A DNA stretch of 64,000 bases. It comes from Takakia lepidozioides (Eukaryota > Plantae > Bryophyta). The stretch spans positions 68,138,001 to 68,202,000 of the forward strand of contig CM060731.1 in the NCBI GenBank assembly GCA_030704615.1, read 5' to 3'. This document shows, piece after piece, positions 59,495 to 64,000 of the stretch (positions are counted from its first letter, which is position 1; the number at the start of each line of letters is the position of its first letter). A model generated the notes under the pieces. That model was not told the origin of the DNA. It searched no databases and worked only from the letters and a program-made list of their open reading frames with translations. The position numbers were made by a program, and so were the translations under genes.

Positions 59495-62400
59495 CTACGG
59501 CGTGAGCCCAGCCCCGTGAGCCTGGGAGCTGAGCTCACGTTCAAGCTTTGAAGCGTGAGCTGAGCTCACGCTTCAGGGAAGCGTGAGCGGCATGAATCTG
59601 CTGGAGAAGCAGGTCCTATAGGCGAGGATTGCAGGAAGAGGGCCTATTACCGTGGACAAAACAAAGGAGGCCACCATGCACCATGTCTGCAATGCGTGCC
59701 AAAAAAAGAGGAATATGTAAACATGGCAGATTTGAGCTCAGAATGATTGACACAGTTTATTTCAATTCACAGAGAGACGCTTACAATGAATCGCAAGTGC
59801 ATTTGCCCTCACAAGTGAACGAAATGTATATGTTTGTCATAAAATGAAAAGTCTTCACACGGCAACCTGGAAACCAGCATGGGAAGCGGGCATGGCTCGT
59901 ATGTGTTCAAAGAGAAGTTGGCGGAGCTCTACGCGAGGTGTCCCGCTGCAGAAGGGTGATGACTTCTCCGTAGCCTAGTGTGGCTTGGTGAATGAATTGG
60001 TCTCTCTTACCGTCGCAACACATAATTACAAGGTATATGTAATATTGATGCTTGCAGGGGACCCACTTCCCTCTCATGCCGAGAGCGCCCTCACGCATCG
60101 TTACAAAATCCGGACAAGTGCACGATGGGAAATTCCCAATGGTAACTTGATATTCTTTGGCATGAAGAACTGAGCCAATTGACAGCACTGTGTAAATCCG
60201 TCCATACCCCGGGGAAGGGACTTCGGTGATACGAGTCACCGTAGCCTGCAAAATTCTAGCCGATTCCATCTTGCATTCGTGATCTGCACCCGAAGCAACA
60301 CGGCGCACTGTTTTTCCATCTCTTTTTGTTGGGTGGGAGTCGGCACCGGGTGGAGGCATTGTCGGAGCATGTGGCACATCTGTGCCGACAGTGCATAAGG
60401 GCACCACCCGGGACCGTGCAAGACAAAACCCTCCCTCCTCCAGCATGCTTATCTCGGTTGAGGACAGCGATGTCCCAATTTTCACAGGCCAAATTGCGGG
60501 GGGGGGGCTTCATTATCACGGAAGGACGAACTGTTCCCTTCACGCATCGTGCCATATCGTCTGGGCAGAACCAAAACTTGTGTTCTCTTTTGACTCCCCA
60601 CTATGGTAAGGTCGGAACAACCCTGTGAATGTTGGAGCTGGAGTCCCCCTGGAGCCTTTGCATATTTTTGATTTGCATTTCTTGAAAGAGGGGGTCCGAA
60701 TTGCCATGCAAGCCACTCTAGATCCTGGTGGGGTGCGTTCTATATGCCAGTCACTATCAATGCAATCAGATTCCTGCACCATGGCCACCACCTCCTCCAA
60801 TGGGATTTCCGCTGCTATGCTTGCATGTTCTGCACCTGCTCCACAGGAGGAGGACCCACCTGGGAAGGGGCCGGCACAGGACTTAGTCTGCACTGGAGAC
60901 ACCTTTGGCACAGAGAAATTGACCCTGTCTGGCCTATGGGAATCTCCATCTGACCCTGGAAGAGTGTTTAATTTCCTTTTGCATGATCCAAATCTTTCCT
61001 CGCCTTCCAAATGGGGGAGCCTGGATTGCAGAGGGGAGCCTTCAGTGCACCTGTTTAGAGCTCTGGCCATCTTTGACGGGTCTCCGGACCTACTCGCAGC
61101 CCTTAGCATCAACAAAGTCGATCGGGGCCCTTCCCTCCACCCCGTCCCATCAGAAAATTGCGGTACCTGGTTTGTTGTGTAAGTGCCCGCACCATGTCAT
61201 CAGCAGTGGCCACATACAAGTCACGACCTGCTTTGGTAGACTGTTGCATCCAGGCGTTGTGAACAGTCTCTGCCAAATTACACGATGGCATGTCGGCCAA
61301 GTCCTCCAAGGACATGTCCTGCAGGAGGCATTGCATGGAAATGTGAGGAAGGAAAAGAAATGGTAGAGGTTCTTCAAGTGACAATCGAACAACCCCAAAT
61401 GAACAGGCACGATGCAAAGTGCAATTTGTGTTTAAGGAAAACTTGTGAGGCTTACCGTCGTCATGAAAGCTCCCCACTGTCTGTACCTGAAGTGCCAGAA
61501 AACCAACCAGTCCTCCAACTCCTTCAGGTGGATACCTGTAGCAGCACCAGCGGAGAACCACCAAGCCCGGATTGCCTGGTAAGTGCTCTCAGCTTCTCCC
61601 ATTGAGGTGGCATTCTTGTACTTCAGACAGAGCCTTCTATGCTCCAACTGAAGGTCAGGGCGAATGCAGCGCTTTGTATGACGTGCCAGAGATTGACTCC
61701 AATGGAAGAGGCATGTGCGCTCCCTATTTTCCATGGGGACCTTAGGATCCCCAGAACCAAACACGCGCCGCACTGCATTGAAATTTGCCTGTGCACTATC
61801 AGCCATGAAGCCCGCAAAATTTGTGTTCTGTATTCCATTGCGCTGCATGACGGTCAGGAGGGAATTCCACATGAGCATCTGGGATTCAGTGTCCTCCGAC
61901 TGCATATCACAAATTGCTATGGAGAGCACACGCTGGTACGCTGGATCATACACATGGCACGCCATGGTTGTCCAACCCTTCACCCGTTTGCAGTGATCAA
62001 ACATTAACCAACATTTAGCCAAATCTCCTCCAGGTTGCATTCGGCGGACAATGCTCACACCACTGCCTTGGCCCACAGCGGACATCTTGAACAAATACAC
62101 TTTGGACGAGCCCTGGCCAGGGAAGATACTGTTTTGAATGAATTCATAGCGACTCCTCCGTTTGAGGTCCATAATGTTGTCCATGAATCCAGCAGTGCCT
62201 GTGCCCATTCTGAGTGCATTCACCTGGTTTCGAATATTGGGAGAGCTCAACACGGAGAAATGGTCCATGACTGCCTCAAGGGAATCTGCATCCAGCATTG
62301 GCTGTGTCGCATCCCCTTCACCCAGTATGTGTTTTTCCAGGAATGCCTTGCTAGCTGCAAGCGCTATAGCAGAAGGTGTTGCAGAAGGGGCATTATGGAA

Positions 62401-64000
62401 CTCTTGCTTCAGTAGATTTCTAGCGATGTCCACGCTATCCCTGCAACTCCCTTTGGACACAGGATGCTCGTGTGCACCCATATGAATGCAGGCACGAGTC
62501 ATTGTCTTGCATCGATGTGCCACCTGATACATACGAGCGTGGCAAACAGAAACACAGGACGGGGAAAGTTTGCAGAACCTGCACACAAAAGTATTGGTCT
62601 TGGGAGGTGCAAGCCCTGGGGTGAAAGGATTCAGGGGCACACCTTCCCACTCACTTTCGTTTGGCTGAGCGCTGTTTCTCAGCCGAGGGCAAGAAATATT
62701 CAGGCACTTGCAATGCCCAACGCAAACCGACCTCCGAAATTTCAAGCCAATGTCGTTATGGATGTTCGAAGTTTTTGTCCTGCACCAAGGATGTCCGTCA
62801 TGTTTCTTGTCCATGCCCTGCAGAAGCCCAGCCAGTCCACTGGAAGACGTGGGAGGGTTGAGCTCAAACAAGATGTCCCCATCAAACTGAGCTGGCACGT
62901 ATTGAACCCGTTGCACTGGAAGGGACTCCCAATCAACAAAACGTAGCTCGCTCTTGCACCCAGGCACACCTGCGAGGGCTTTCAATTTTGGAATGACACT
63001 TGTTATCTCTTGCAATTCGTCATCATCCAATAAGGGAGTTTGCACTGGCGGAGGAATCTCAGAAACATCCTCCGAGGACGAGTCCGAAAGAGTAACGAAG
63101 GTAGTGGATGTGCTCACCTCTTGTTTCACAGGAACTGTGCCCTTCTGTTGCACGACCGATGCTGCAGTGCCAGGGGTAACGACTGATCCTGCTGATTGTC
63201 TTCTCTCTTTTCCAAGGACACGGTATGTTCCTGGAAGGACTCTCCACTTCCTTCCACACTCGCCAACCAAGGGTTTCTCCAAGTGCCCAGAATCCAAATT
63301 CCCATCCTCGTCATACACCTCTTTCTGAACAAGCAGAGAACCCAACTCCAGCGGGAACACTGTAACCAGCTCATCCTCATGAACAACTGCATACCCATCG
63401 TCGTCTGCAGTGGCAGTCAGTGGAAGAGTACCTGCATTGGAATGGAATCGAGCGAGTGCATCTCGCTCCCTCGACATGTTTTCCAGCACTGAACGAAACT
63501 GCCGATTCAGAACGGAATCCCCGAACTGAGAGCCCGTAATTATCGAAAGTGGAAATACCACCAGCAAACTGAGGTCAACAAGGGTAGCACCAAACCAAAG
63601 GCTGCCGGCGATGCATGCCAAGGATGTAGGGATGACGTGCACCTTCACCTCCCACCAACCAGAAAAACCGTTTTGAAAGACCAGAGCCACAAGAAGCCGT
63701 ACTGTTTTTGGATGGAAAACAAACCCTGAAAATGACATGAAACCATCCATTATGAAATGACGGCAACAACCCTGGAGAGCAGTAAACAGGAAGATCCGAT
63801 TGTAATGAGATTGTGTTGCGCCAGAATAGCACAGAACAAACACCGACACTTCAAGAGATACCTCGCACGAATGTGTGCAACACATGGTCATATCCGACAC
63901 AATCCTTTATACCGAATGACCCCATGGGGACGGTCACGGCATAAAAAAAACCACAGGGCATGCAGTACAACACACGTGGATGCATATGTGAAGCATAACA
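59495..64000 (-). mobile_element. Second, diverged MULE of the same group (extends beyond window)
   Basis: End region has CGTGAGC repeats (59501, 59515, 59554, 59582) and GGGCCTATTACCGTGG (59640-59655), like element 1; contains a homologous transposase. Confidence 0.8.
59907..63477 (-). pseudogene. GCM-like/DDE/SWIM Mutator-like transposase, copy 2 (nearly intact)
   Basis: MSRERDAL..DGHPWCRTKTSN..CVGHCKC..HEHP..MFDHCKR..FMADSAQA..CLFHW..(intron about 61455-61320)..SCNLAETVHN..SWIM CTCPDF..PCKH. Collinear with copy 1; about 3 frameshifts in the 3' exon. Confidence 0.9.

Noticed and set aside
63478-63900. N-terminal 140 aa of the 822-aa ORF as coding
   Set aside because: Homology with transposase copy 1 begins at MSRERDAL (63477); the upstream stretch looks like UTR or intron that is open by chance.

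Overview
Land-plant nuclear DNA. A non-seed plant is likely (bryophyte, lycophyte or fern; inferred from gene content, not established). The window starts with the last exon of myo-inositol-1-phosphate synthase and a spliced double-AP2 (WRI/basal-ANT-type) transcription factor gene containing the 9-nt VYL micro-exon. About 55 kb of nested, mostly decayed transposable elements follow: two Ty3/gypsy remnants (one with a dUTPase-like domain), a copia fragment, LINE fragments, a full-length copia inserted into a PLS-class PPR pseudogene, a solo LTR inside a kinase pseudogene and a piggyBac fragment. The main find is a 12.06-kb Mutator-like DNA transposon (28612-40674) bounded by imperfect TIRs and a 9-bp TSD (TCAAATTAT/TCAAATTAA). 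It carries two divergent intron-containing genes: a GCM-like/DDE/SWIM transposase, and a ParB/Srx-like + beta-class N4C/N6A DNA methyltransferase fusion. The introns of the fusion gene hold five copies of a 20-bp palindrome (TGCGTGCG-N4-CGCACGCA), suggestive of a parS-like self-recognition and self-methylation system. This copy is pseudogenised. A diverged relative of the transposase, with matching end motifs, lies at about 59500-64000 and runs out of the window. All domain calls were made by eye from motifs; no searches were run.
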